Source: Lytechinus pictus
Lineage: Eukaryota
DNA length: 64,000 nt
Assembly: GCF_037042905.1 (NCBI RefSeq)
Contig: NC_087251.1
Coordinates: forward strand, 16,368,001 to 16,432,000
Direction: 5' to 3'
Numbering within the stretch: the first letter of the stretch is position 1; every line of letters starts with the position of its first letter. Position numbers and translations under genes: made by a program. Shown here piece by piece: positions 25,001 to 40,000 of the stretch. The notes under the pieces were generated by a model. The model saw nothing but the letters and a program-made list of their open reading frames with translations, was not told the origin of the DNA and did no database searches.

Positions 25001-28000
25001 CCAGTCAGGCAATCGTGTAACCCGACCATTCAAGAAAAGGGCACCCTATTTGCCAAAACGTCGGGTACAGTTTACCTGACCATTTGAGATAGGTTGAGTG
25101 TAAATTACCTGATGTTTTGTGAAAATTATAGCCTTATTTACAAAAGGTTGGATAGGCTGGACCGTTGTTTCAGGGATTTAGAGGGCCCTTTTCTTGAATG
25201 ATCGGGTTACATGATTGCCAGCGATCAGACACGATAACCTAATGTGATGGCACAAGCCGATAGTACAGGGATTTCTCATGGAGGTTTAAGAAGTCATTTG
25301 TGTTGTTGTTGTACCTTCCCCTCACAGTGAATCAATACCACAATCTCTAAGAGGGAACCAGTTTACAGGTGGCCTAAATAATCTTACACTTACCTGTTGG
25401 TAATCTATAAGGCATTTGTCATAAAATAAAAGGTGAAAGATGAGAAGTACTAACCTGTATGATGAACTGTTGAGTATAAGGGCATCAATCAGATACACTA
25501 GGAGAAGACAATGCCTCTGAAGACTGTTATTACAACAAAGTAAAGGAATTCTAAATTGATTCTAGGAACATACAACATTCTGTACAATCTGCCAATCATC
25601 CAGATTGTACAAGGACCATCTAGTCCCTGTAGACAATTGGTTTAGACCATTCTATTTTAGCTCAAAAACAAGATGAATTACAATATAAATCATGACAAAC
25701 AACCCAATGGAACACAGTGGTGAGAAATTATGAAAAAAAAAAAAATCATCTCCAATATTGGTCCACTTGACCCACAAAAAAACAATTAAAAAAATTATCA
25801 AGGAAATTCACTTTCCGATCCAAAGCATTATGATGATAATATTGACGATTGGGTGTAGTGGTTGGTGTGATATTGATATCAATGATGGTAATGACATTGT
25901 TGATGGTGATATTAGATAAGATCACAGTAATTCCCCCATTACAAAAGGATACATCTTGATGCTACTCAGAGTGACCATGTCAGCATCAAATGATGATAGG
26001 TATAGATCAGCATAGCTATCAGCCAAAGATTGCAGTCTCTGGGACGACTTCTGCATCTGCAAGCATAACGCAGTAGGATATATTATGGTCATTCTTTTAT
26101 GAAAATTAATGTAATCACAATGAACAGTTCTGATTTTGGAAACAACCTTAAGAGCTACAGATGCACTGAGGTCTCAAATAATGCGGTGCATCAAGTAATG
26201 AAATCACACTGCTCCTGTTAACCCTTATTAAACTGGGGAGGGGGGGGTCAATTTGACCCCCCCCCCCCTCGACAAATTTTGTCACTATGCCGTCGCGCCA
26301 AATTTTTTTACCGCACCGCTCGCTGCCTTTTTCTTTCAAGTCTTGCGCATCTTTTGAGACCAAATTTGCGACGCCTGGGTACGTGGTTACGAAATTACGC
26401 AACATTTTGTAAGTGCATGTCAGACCCGAAATTGCTCAAAAACGTGATTCTGTGTCCAAAGTCAATGCAAATTGTGTTTTTCAACCAAAAATCATAAATG
26501 TATGATTATTTTCACTTTTGTTGGTTTTAATGGACTTATTTTATGCTATTTATGATCGCAAAAGGGTACCTGACAAAGTTCATTGGAAAAAACAATAAAA
26601 AACAAAGGTTTGAAAAAACAAAGAAATACATAAGAATTTAAAAAAACAATAAAATACATAAGAAATTAATCATATTTTTGCAATTTGTTTGTATATGTTT
26701 GTTAGAAATGTAATCATTGATACTCCCACCAAAAATTAGCATTCTTCTAGCTATATAAATTAAGTTAAAGGCAAAAACATACACAAAAAACCAAATTTAG
26801 GGCAAATTTCATATGCTTATTTGCATAATTAATTAATAAAAAATATAAACAATTAATATTTTGAAAATTTTTCTATACAGTCTTGTAGTTTACATCCGGC
26901 TCTACGTGTGTGCAAATTTTTGCGGCGATCGCGCAATCAGCGGCCGAGATCTGAGGGGAGGGGGTCAAATTGACCCCCCCCCCCAGTTTATACTGGTATG
27001 AAATAGCCCAGTTAAGATAGGGTTAAAGAATCTCCCATGGGAACTTGACAAAGCATCAATGCTAAGCTGGTTTAAGCTGAATAAATTCAATTCCATTAAC
27101 GGCCACTGTTTGAAGATCAAACTGTTATGCATTACATAAAGTTGTCAGAAAGGTTTATTTTTTAATGTAAAAATTGAAAATTACAATGCAAATTTGCATA
27201 TGACCTAAGCCTACAGTGTAAGGAAATATATAGCACAAAATCAAATCATGACCAAGAGCTTATCTTGTGAACAATTTGATATAACTTTGGGTAAAAATTT
27301 CTACTATTGACACTACTGACATTTCAAATTTGGTCTAGGGTAACACACCTGCATTCATTTTACATTTGATTGAGGATTATTATATGAAGCGTATGATTTT
27401 CATAATTGTGGTCTTTTTCGTGCAACTAGACCAATGTACGCACGAGCCCTTGAGCCATACATACCTGAGTAGCCATGTGACCACAGCGCAGAAGATCTTG
27501 TCCAGTCGTCATGGCAACAGCTGGTGCTATGGCAGGTGGAGGGCAGGTCCTGATGCTGGCTAGGTTTGTCATTAGGACAAGACACGTGTGAAGCCAGTCA
27601 GCTCTCAGACGGGCAAACTCTGTCTGGAACTTGAGGGGATGGTTAGGTGTAGCTCCAGCCTGAACAAGATAACAATATAAAAATAGACACAGACTTACTT
27701 AAAAGAATAAAGATGGGTCTTATAAGTTTAAAATCTTGTGAATGAGAATTAACTGACAAGAGGAAAGGTACATTTTGAAATAAATTAAGCTATCATTGGC
27801 ACAAGTTTATAATTGATGAAATACATTAGTTCCTTGCATTTCCTAATACATTAATCTCTACTTAACTTCACTTTCCATAATAGAAATTTAGCCTAAGTCC
27901 GAAGCATTCTTTCAGACCAGAAAATGTAAACATATGTTTAGTACATGTTATTCCAATGCCTATGTTGCCCCAAAAGAGAAAGACTTTGGCAGATTCACCT

Positions 28001-31000
28001 GTACAACACTAAATAAGCCTCTAGTTAATACATACAAACAGGAATATCCTTTCAAAAGAGGGAAAAAATACTGTGTATCTCTTTTAGTTTTATATGCAAC
28101 TATTGTTGATTTTTTTACCTGATCACTCAGAGAGCCTGAAAACGAATAGCAAGTGATAAGAGGTCCAAAGGCTGAAGGTCACCTAAGAGGGACCTGGTAA
28201 TGAGGATAAATGCCTTACCAGAGGGCACTAGAAACGAATCTGGGTCATCAGAATCCGAAACCCCCACTTTGAGCTATCATGCCTCCCACCCTATTCTGAT
28301 GGTTTTTAAAATCTCTACAAAGGAGAATCTGCCCATCAAGGTTTCATGCGCTGCAAAAACAACATGTTGGTTTGGACTGTCAGCTAAAACTTCCAGGGGC
28401 CTTTGAGACAAAACTTAGCAATTCTCGCTACCCCAAATAGCGATTTCACCGAGATCCGGGAAAATCCCTGTAACGCGCATTGCATTATGGGATAGCTTTT
28501 CGGTATTACAACTTCCTTATCGGAAGTCCAATGCACTGTTTTGCCATTCAGATCAACAGTGCCGTCATGCACAACGTCGCTTTCGCTCGGAAAGTTCGTG
28601 ATCACAACCCTCTCTTTCACATTTTCTCGTGAAATATATTTTTTATTTTTATTTATAATTCAAATGGAATCAAAACTGACCAAATTAGATAAAAAGTATT
28701 ATAATCTGTACATATTACGCTGATTGGCATCGATTTCAGCGTGGTGGAAAACTCAGTATTGCGAACCTCGCGCGAGCATGACTCTGAACCGGAAGTGGTG
28801 ATGACGACCCGACGGAGTGAAAATTATCTCGTCTCGCGCATTATGAGATTTTTGTTCCTATTTGGGGTAGCGAGAATTGATCGTACAGTTCATTGCTCAT
28901 AATGATTAATGTAAACATCAGCCCTATGATCAAGTAATAAGGTTTATATGGCCACTGTAAGGACTTCAATATCAAAGACTTTGTGATGTTACTTGCCTTT
29001 AAAGCAGCGAGTCCACTCTCATATTCCTGCAGAGCTCTGGAGAGTTTAGCAGCATTGCTTGGATCAATCTCAGTCTTGAGTTCCATAAGGTAGGCTTCTG
29101 CTTGACTCAGGACCTCCAAAGAGCCAAGCCAGTAATAGAAATGCTCAGAGGCAACCTGTAAAACAAAGGCAATGAATTAGTAGTAAAAACAGATCAATCT
29201 CTGTCTTGAGTTCCATCAGGGGGATGTTTCACAAAGATTTAAGTGCGACTTACAGTCGTCCTTAGTGCCGACACATTGACATTAAAGGACAAGTCCACCC
29301 CAACAAAAAGTAGATTTGAATAAAAAGAGAAAAATCCAACAAAAATAACATTGAAAATTTCATCAAAATCGGATGTAAAATAAGAAAGTTATGACATTTT
29401 AAAGTTTCGCTTAATTTCACAAAACAGTTATATGCACATCCTGGCTGGTATGCAAATGAGGAGACTATGACGTCATCCACTCACTGTTTCTTTTGTATTT
29501 TATTATATAAAATATGAAATATTATAATTTTCTCCCCATTGAAAGTGATACAACGATTAATTCCTCCCTGAACATGTGGAATTAGCATTGTTTAATACTA
29601 TATGGTTCAGTCAAGTTGGTCCTTATTGTCAAATCTATGAAAAATGAAATATTGTATAATTCAAACAATAAAAAACAAAGGAAATAGTGAGTGATGGACA
29701 TCATCGACTGACTCACCTAGTTGTGCATGTCACTGTTTTGTGAAAAATAAGCGAAACTTTAAAATGTCATAACTTTCTTATTTTACATCCGATTTTGATG
29801 AAATTTTCAGCACTATGCTAGTTTGATTTTTCTCTATTTATTCAAGTCAGCTTTTCCCTGGGGTGGACTTGACCTTTAAACATGCAATCTCATAATTTCT
29901 CACTGATTGATACGCAGTAGCACGTGTCCTCCTAGCATGATTTGACCCCAGGTAAGCCTCAGCTTGACTCAGGGCCCTAAAAGAACTAAGCCTGCTATGC
30001 AGCTGAGACAGATGGGTAGGTGTTTTATTTCATGTATCTGTTCTTGATAAATGTATGATTTCAAATCAAATGAATCATCCTCTTGTATCATGACATTAAA
30101 AAGCCTTAATATAGCAAGCAGTATTGACTTAAATCCATTTTCTTTCAATACCATGGACATTTCATTGTGCAGCTGTGGACCATTGTGACAAACACAACAA
30201 CAAGAATACAGCAGTCAAAACAATAGTGTACAACTATCAACCATTGTGGATGTGGCAGGTTCACCTGAAAAGAATAGCTTACTGAGCTATTCATGAAAGC
30301 TTCTCTCTAGTGGATTTAGTAACAGGGTATTTCAATCACCTGTGATCAATGAATATGCCACAATACTAGATCGCCAAGAATCTGAATATGCATGAAGAAA
30401 AGGGCCCGACAGGTCAAGGATCATATCCCATTCAAATAACCAATGAATATTCACAGCCTAGTGAGGATTTCCACAAGACGTTATCAACTTTAACCAACTT
30501 TGAACAAAACCACCAAAACTCTTGACAGCTATATGAGGGAAGTTCACCTAGGCCTAGGTTGTGAGAAGTCGAGCGAGCAAGGCCAGGATACAGTGATACA
30601 TGTAACCAACATCGTGACATCATCATTATCATACAGCCAAGTACAACACACGACTATACAACGTGCCTAACCCCTAACCTTTTCACTGTATCCTGGTCTT
30701 GTTATTATCTATTAATGCTAGCCTTTTTCGCCAGCATGAATTGGTAATGCTAGTGGGGCTGTGTTCTCGACTCCTACTTTGACTCATGTTATGCTAATTA
30801 TTTTGGGGATGAAATAAAAAGCTATGATGAAATTTTTTAATGGAAGTTTGCAGTAAACACCATGAATGTAGTCCTGAAAAGGACTGTTTATCTTTCTTGG
30901 TTGTTTGATAGCTCTTAAAAATACCACCAAGATAAACAAGCAGTCCTTTTCAGGACTAGATACATGTTTACTGCAAACTTCCATAATTCCCTTCACCATT

Positions 31001-34000
31001 AAAACCTTCAAGGATGATCTGACATTCTTTAGCCCGGTTGATATGCACTGTGGTGCCTGCATTGATGCAGTGCAGGACATTTTATGGCATGACTTGGCCT
31101 ATATCAGTACACACAGTGTCCCATAGTGCGCATAGTTCACGCAATGTTCAACAGTCAATTAAACTTCCATGACAATTATCTCCATGTTTAGATTTTAAAG
31201 TCTTACCTGTGTAGTTAGATTCTTGAAGATTTTACTTGCAGTCTTGTGACAACCCTAAATAGATATAAATAAAAGAAATCAAATATTCAAAATTTAACAA
31301 ATATGATGATGTAAATAATTAGGGTACTTTATATAAAAAATGTAACTATCTGTGAAATGGGGAAAAGGAGATGATTTTCTTAAATAACCATTCTTTGAAG
31401 ACAATATTTTCAATATAAAAAAAAAAAAAAAATTGACAGTGAATTCCCAAGGACTGGTCATTAGCAAAATTTGCATACTCCTGATTGTAATCATCATATT
31501 ATATTGGACTAAATAATGCCTTATCTTAAGATAATTAAAGAAGGTAGGAATTCACACAGAACCCTGGCAAAACAAAGACAAATCCTGAGGATGCAGTAGA
31601 ATACGAGAATTGTATCTTGTCATGGTTTTTAGGTTATTTTCAATTCCTGAGGCTATTTGGTTCATTGCACTGGGTTACTTTCATATAGGGCATTTATCAA
31701 GTCTCCACTTAACATATCAATTATTTTCATAATATCCTATTAGATGGCACATTTGTCCAAAGTAAAATAATGCTGTTACTTTCTTATTCTTAAAACATTC
31801 ATTTAATGAAAAAAAGTTGTGCCAGGCTGAAATGGGTGCAACTTCTTAAGGAAACAGTTTACCACAATATCAAGGTCTTATTTAGGTTTTGAGGATTAGG
31901 GGAGTGACTTTGGCTGTGCTGAGAGTGACATCGCTCACTGCCCATGATTATAATCTGACACTGGTTGCTAGGAAGATGAATACCATACAATGTGACAGTT
32001 AACATTTGGCCTTTCGAAAACAGTGACAACCCACCACTCTTGTAGCTTGCCTAGCAATTCGGTAAGCAACCCAAGGTCTACATTCAGCTAAGAACACAGC
32101 TTTGTCCTCAATAAAAGTCTGCTTCGAAGTCTTCTCTTCAATCAGCAACAGCACTGCAAGTGCAACCTGTATCAAAAACAGCCATGATCAGAAGTTGAAA
32201 AGTTGCAAAATAATGTATATTATGTTCAGTTTAAAAACAAAGAGTCTGAATAAAAAATTGTCTTAAACACTTGCCCCAATACTGCCTAAAAAGAAAAAAT
32301 AATCTCCAAGATTCAAAATGAAAACGATGAACAATATGAAATAAGTAAATTATGCATTATATCAACCCTTCAACATGCAAAAATCTTGTACTTTTTTTTG
32401 AAAAACCACACAATTTTGGGTTATTTTCCAGAGAACTAAAGATGTGAAACATTCTTCATCATATTCTGCTTTAATATAGGACAATGTCTCTATTCACTTC
32501 CCACAGTTCCATAAACTGCTAAACAAGATCTATTATATAGATCTAACTGAAGGACCAATAACCCCCTTCCCCATTTATTTCTCTAATATTCAATTTTTCA
32601 CTCAAGACCAAGTCCACATAAAAGAAATTCCTCTGGACCTACTAGGTAAACTCTCTGGTCTCCATCTGATCCACTCTCTTCCTTCTGTAGGACCAGACTG
32701 AACTGGTCTTGGAGGATATCCCTGTTCTGGACCAGGAACTTGGGCTTGATCTCAGACAGGCTAGCCAGGCAGTGACACATCAAGATACTACTCTCAACAT
32801 CTGTAAAAGAAACAAGGATAAATAATCTCACACAATCAGGACAATTCTCGCTACCCCAAATAGCGATTTCGCCGAGATACGGGAAAATCCCTGTAACGCG
32901 CATTGCATTATGGGATAGCTTTTCGGTATTACAACTTCCTGTTCGGAAGTCCAATGCACTGTTTTGCCATTCGGATCAACAGTGTCGTCATGCACAACAA
33001 CACAACGTCGCTTTCGCTCGGAAAGTTCGTGATCACAACCCTCTCTTTCACGATACAGTTTAACTGCCTTTTCTGCTAAAGTCACTAATTCTGCCCAACC
33101 CTTTCCATTGCGCGGTATTCCTCTGTCAGTCAAGATTTTTTTAAGTTCCGAAACTGATTTTTTATCCATTTTGTGGTCGACAAAAAATTGAACGGAATGA
33201 ATGCTGTATATATTTAGCGTCTAGTCGAATACGATCGTGATGTCAGGCCGGTCGCTAAATGCAGATTTTAAGATATTCATTTTTTGTTTACTTTTTTTAT
33301 AACCAAATAAAAACATGAATAAAAATTATTTTCACGTGAAATATATATATTTTTTTTAATTTATAATTCAAATGGAATCAAAACTGACCAAATTAAATAA
33401 AAAGTATTATAATCTGTACATATTAGGCTGATTGGCATCGATTTCAGCGTGGTGGAAAACTCAGGATCGCGAATCTCGCGCGAGCATGACTCTGAACCGG
33501 AAGTGGTGATGACGACCCGACGGAGTGAAAATTATCTCGTCTCGCGCATTATGAGATTTTTGTTCCTATTTGGGGTAGCGAGAATTCATCAGTGTAATAC
33601 AAATATGCAGTTCGTGCTCATGAAAGTTTGCTAAAACATCATAAAATGATAGCTACAGAGGAAACTAATTCAGACTAGACTAAAACTGTCTCTAAAAACA
33701 TTCCTGCTCTAAATCTTGGCCAGGCTGGCTAGGAAATGACACAACTACCTTTAAACATCTGAAAAAAGATGCAAATATGAAATGACCAAAAAATCATGAA
33801 ATCTATGCTAATTGTCATCTACTTTTAACAAAACAAGTTTATATGACTAGTATAAGATGGTAAAAACTTACAACATATTCAAACTTTTGTTTATGCACAA
33901 GCATGACCTATGAAAGTCCTTTGTGAGATTCTTCGAGATTTGAGAATTGACTATAATTTTTTTTTTTTCTTACCTGGTGCTAATGACAAGTTTGTGGCTA

Positions 34001-37000
34001 ACATCTCAATGAAGTTGGATGTTTGTGACGGACATGCCTTACACAGACTGTGTATGCTTTCTAATGTGATCTGAAAAAGAAAACGGATACCAGTACATAG
34101 TACATACAATTACAAAGCTCAATCATCTCGAAATATGGTTAGAAAGAAGACTACCCTTGCTTCAATGGGATGTTTCATTCAAACAGAGCTGCCAAACTCT
34201 GGGAATGTGAAACTGTATTACATTCATCTATTTGCCTTTACTTTATGAAGTAGAGAAGTGCAGAGACAACTATTCTCAATGAAATATGATTATTATATTT
34301 GTTTAAATAAGTAGTGCCAAAATTTTGTTTAAAAAACGTCACAATTATGGCAAAAATATAATGGTTGGCAGATCTTTTTTTACCATTCTTTGCAAGAGGC
34401 AGGCAGTCATTGAATTTCATTAGGTATCATTTCACAAGTCTACCACTGCAGTCACCTCAACTGAGAGCAAGCCCTATAAATAATGGATAAAGCAATTCAA
34501 ATGAATATGCGACATCAGTAAAAAAAAAAAAAAAATTAGTAATATCTCAAATAAAAATATTGGCTTCTTAAATCTAAAGAGCTTCTCTACTGATCACCAT
34601 GTTGATAACTATTGCATTACAAGAACTCTTATGATCATATACCAACCAACCTTTAGACTCTTCCCAGCAGATTTTGAGCCTTCCTCCATGAGGCACTGAG
34701 TGGCAACTGTCTCCATGGCAACACTGACATCCTCGATACCATCCTTCACCTTTTCGTCAACGAGTCCTCCCTGTCGACACATGAGCCTGATAAGAACCTG
34801 AAGGGCCCTGGAGGTTACGCATACTTCCCAGTGTGTCAAGAGATTCTTGCACAGTTCTCGGACCGAGCCATCTGATATTGGATCAAAGGTGTTTTATTTG
34901 ATTATCAACATTATCCAGAGATAACCCTAACCCCCTCAATATTTGTGACCTTATACTTTCATAGCGACATTTTATTTTTGTGTCTTTGATGCAAAATTTA
35001 CGACGACTAAGTAGTTCAGGTGTTGAGCTGCATTCTGTACCTGCACATCAGTTCATAAATCGCTCAAAAACATGCATTGTATCTTTTAGACTTTCTAACC
35101 ATGCAGTACAATTTATTTGTTTTGCCATTCCATTAATATTCTTTAACTACTGTATCAAGTACAGACTTGATACCAATGCAATTAGATTTTGTCCACCCAA
35201 TATTATCGCCAATTCAAGTGGAAAGGGAATTTTGAAGGAAACTAACCAGGTATTAGTTCTCAAGAAACACACAAGTCAACAAATTCTTCCTCACCTGTAT
35301 CAGATGTCAGGAACGCCGGCGATGAGGACAGTACCCTGAGGATATCTAGGCAACCAACAACCAGCCTCTTCTCCTGGTCAGCATTGCAGAACAGACACAG
35401 GGAGTCAACATTGGCCTGGGACCAAGCATGGGGTGCCTTGTGGGCCAGGGTCTGGAGCTTGGCGATGCAGATGGACTTGATGGAACGTCGGATGTCGTTT
35501 TCAAGGTAACCTAACAACAGATCAACCTGAGAGCAAGATAGATGAATTTTATTTGAATTTTCTGATGCTTAAGCATTTTGAAAATAGATTATATTATGCA
35601 ATGACCTGTGATACTAGTATGACATTTCAAAGATCTTTAAAAAGTACGTGCCAGGAAAAGATGCATATCTTTATATTTAAACAGAGAGATTTATACCCCC
35701 CCCCCCCAAAGAGAGTTATCTCTAGTGTTCGTTATTCTCCTAGCAGTTTATTCATGAATTACATTAAAAATGTATAACATAATTCTTCAGTACTACGATT
35801 TTTCTTTGCTGCCTTCACTGAAATCCAAGCAGTCGAAATGTGGTTCATGAGAAGAATACTTACGGTACCTAGGAATGACAAAATATCAATTAATAAGTTT
35901 ATGACATGACTTTTGTTGATCATTCCTCATTTATCTCAGAATGCAGTAAATAGATAATTCCAGTTTGTTGGGTATATTTAGAAAAGTGATTGTACAGCCA
36001 ACATGATTGATGAAGAGATACTCTTTGCAGTGAAGCAAAATTAGATTTGTGCTAAAATTAGGTAAGAATGAATCCAGTTGTCAATAGCTCTTACAATGTG
36101 AAGTAAACTTCATTGGAAAATACAATTTGAATTGATACTAAAAAGCAAGCACACAAGCACCTTGCAATACCCAGTCATGCCTCGTTACCTGATCAGGGAT
36201 GTGTATATGTGAAGCAGCAGCAAGGTCTGTCAGGGTGTCCAGGGTGACGGTCAAGAAACTCTCTGCAGGATAGGACTCCAGGAGTCGCAGACACATGTGA
36301 CGCACGCTACCAGACAGCTCACTGTCATAGTGCATGTGACAGAAGATAGGGATGAGCTTCATCTTGATGTCAATAGGTGTAGCTAAACCTGTGTAAGGAA
36401 AAGAGGCAACAAATTTAGAGTTGCCAAACATCAATACTGACCATAGGCCCATTTCAGCATCCAACGGCATCTCTTAGAGAAAGGGATTTGTGGTACATTG
36501 CCAGGGAGTCAATTTCAGGTAATGAAATAAAAAATTAAGGGGAAAAGGAAAAGAGAGTGAAGAAAAGTGAAATAAAGGGCAAAGATCAAGATAATCAGCT
36601 GAAAAGTTTCGAATTTCATATGGAAGCTGACAATGTTATTCCATTTTAAATAGCACAGACCTGTTTTGTAAAACAAGCAGCAAGACACTTCACCTATCAA
36701 CTTCAGGGTATGGGATATCACTTTCATTATTCATTAACTACGAAAAACACCCGTTAGAAATACAAAAAAAAAGTACAATCTATTCATTCTGGCCATCAGA
36801 ACTTGTTCTTACCTTCTATTAACTGGACCAGTTTGTTGCTGATACCGGAAGCAAATGTCTTAGACTCTGCTGCAAAGCAAGAGGCAGCAAAGATGGCTGC
36901 CTCCAGCTCAACAAGATCATGAGAATCCAGACCAGCATGGATGCTATGATGGACCCGTTTACGTTCTGCAATGATTGGAGCTATGCTACCAAGAACCCTT

Positions 37001-40000
37001 GATAGATGAAGTAAAGATTATAGAAATTTCATTTTCACTATACAGTCTATGTCAATTGAAGATCAGAATTCATTATATGTGATTTGAATTAACTGATTTT
37101 ATCTGTTTGATTTACTATTGATCTGAACCTTATGAAAAATTAATACATGAGATACAATTTCATTCCTAGCAGATATAGTAAATGGGTACCCAGTAGAAAG
37201 AAATTCCTTGAATGCCTGATCAGGATAGCCATACAGGGAAATAGTATGCAGCACTTAGAAATATTGTCATAAGCACTTTATAAATGTGACATATTGCTAT
37301 CATTTAATTATTGTTGTTGTTATAATTATTAGAAAAAGTGAACTTGCACATCCCCCAAAATATAAATTTGATGTAAATTCTTCATGTTGAGCTAAAACCT
37401 AAAAGCGGTGTTAAATTGATAACCATTTTGACTTTAGACAGACACTTTTATGTCTTTCAAACTTATGATTATAGCACTACACTGGGAGGTTGCAAGATTG
37501 GTGCTGACATAATGGTGATGGTGTTGTACTACAGCACCAAACTTAACATAAAGCTGGCCTCATGATGAATCTCACGAGGTTAAACAATCAATAATGTGAT
37601 TTTAATCTTTTGTGTAAACTCATATTACAAGTTGGATTCAGGGAAGGCAATATGAATAATGCTTCAACCACCAACACTAGCACCAACATCAAAGCACCCA
37701 CCTGAGAGTAATGGCCCTTGCCACAGGATCATTGCTGTGGATGACAAAGAATATCCTCCTCACAAACTCATCCACATTGAGAATCTTATCAAGATGCTTC
37801 ACGCTCTGCTGAGAGACCTTCAAGACACACTGACGCAAGAAGTTATTTCTGGACATCAAATTGGACATGAAAACAGACAAATTAAGGAGGAGAACATGAG
37901 AATAGTATAGACAGAGCTGCTAACCCTTAAAATATTGTATTTGCTACATGTAAATAATAAATGATAAAAGGAATGATGATTGCAGTCACTCGAAGTGCAT
38001 CCAAAAAGGATAAATTAGTGGTACAGAACAAAATCTATAAAAAGGACACTTGAAATGCCTTTAGAAAATATCAAAAGTCCATCTGCCTTTGACCTCCTTA
38101 TTACTCCTATGAACTGTTAGTTATTTACAGATGTACATGTAAGGTAAATGTCCCAGTTTTCTGCTATTTAAATATAAATTGTATTCTGTATTGTTTGGTG
38201 TGTCCTAAAATTCAGAGTCTAATTCCTTCTGTGAAATGAAATTCTGTTTAAAACCTAACTGTCGCTTTGCGGACAAGGGCTAAACATGATGTATATTAGA
38301 TGGTTCCATTGTTTTGGTGTAATTTGATATATTTAATAGTAATAACCACATTATCCCCCTCCCCAATCATGTTCTTTATATTTGGTAAATTCTCTGTTCT
38401 TGAAATCTGTGAAATTTTCCAAAAACTTTTTATTTTGGTCTAACACCATGAACTACTAACCAAGTTAACTCCTTCCATATTATTCTTTGTTGCCAACATA
38501 CACAAAAATCACATCACATACACATACCCATCTCTGAAGACGTCAGCTAGCTTGAGAAATGCCGAGTTGATTAGGATGGGGAAGGGATACTTCTCAAACA
38601 GTCTGGGAAACCGAACAATAGCTTCACACTGCTCCCCAGCTTTGCTGGAATGAAGACCTGAAAGAATAACAAATATGGAAAATTATTTCTGCTGAAATTT
38701 GAATTCAAGTAGCTGTTGCGGTTGTTAAGTTGTTGTTGATATTATTGTTCGTGTTGGGTTATTATCACACCCAAATTATATCATTCAGCGTGTTTCTACA
38801 GAGAATCGTTAAAAACGGTTTATCTTTTCCAGAATCGAAAAACCTTATCGCCCTTAAACCAACCCATCTCTTCAGAGCAATAATCAGATTAACTCATATT
38901 CCGCATCGCAAATAAACAGATTAACATGGCAATAACCACCTCCCAGAGGTGGTTTTAAGAAACTATATTTTGCGCGATGCAGTTTATCAATAAACTGCAT
39001 TGCGTCTCTTTCTACAGGGAAGTTTTCCGGAATTCTTGATACTTATGAGGGTAATATTGTTCAACGATTCTCTGTAGAAACATGCCGTTTGGTATTCTCT
39101 CAGTGTAACAAGGTTGATGCGATGCCACATACAAGGCATTGTTAAATGTAAAGAATTCACATAACTCTGTATACAACCTTCTACAATTTAGCAGTCGTAT
39201 GATAAAATGCATCTATAACAAAGTACAATGCCATTCCAGGAATTCACAGTGTGACAACCGTCTCCACTAAAGCCACCAAAGGGAAACAGAAATAGTGACC
39301 ACTGTAGACAGGTTCTTTAACACACATTCTTTTCAATTCAGAGACAATTCTGTTAACTACCAAAGACAGGTTATCACTAAAGACAGGTTGCCACTAAGAC
39401 AGGTAAACTGTAAATTGAATGACATTGTGGTAATGATCTAACAATGAGTTCAACATAATCCCCCAAAATGGCAATGGATGTGCCAAATGATTTTGGTGTT
39501 ATTGCCAAGACATATGATGATGATGATGATGATGATGCACAGCATTTGTATAGCGCCATGTATCTGTCAAAGACATTCAAAGGCGCATTGGAGGAGCCAG
39601 CCAATCTGGGTCGCCTACAAGGGCGCGCACACAGAACTGTGACCCGCAGGTCTCTCCTCCCGATAACTGGGGGAATGCAGGTGGACCACTACACCGGGGT
39701 TTCCCCCTACTCTTATTCGAATAGTGCAGTGGGTTCTTAACGTGCAAAGGTGGTGATTCTCCTCTACACGGGGCCTCCATTTAACGTCCTATCCGAGGGA
39801 CGGAGTGTTTTCCACTGTAACATAGCCTGCATCTATGAAACATGGGAGAGACGTTTACACACAACGCACTGGCTTCAGTCATCCGCCCGAGGTGGACTCG
39901 AACCCACGATCTTTGGTTCGACGGGCAGACGCGTTACTGACTGAGCCAACTTCGCTCTCATGCAACATATGCAAAAGAAACATGGCATACTTAAAAATAT

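Noticed and set aside
39880-39958. tRNA gene (also near 4520-4555)
   Set aside because: A/B boxes are present but continue into a SINE body and tail with no convincing cloverleaf.
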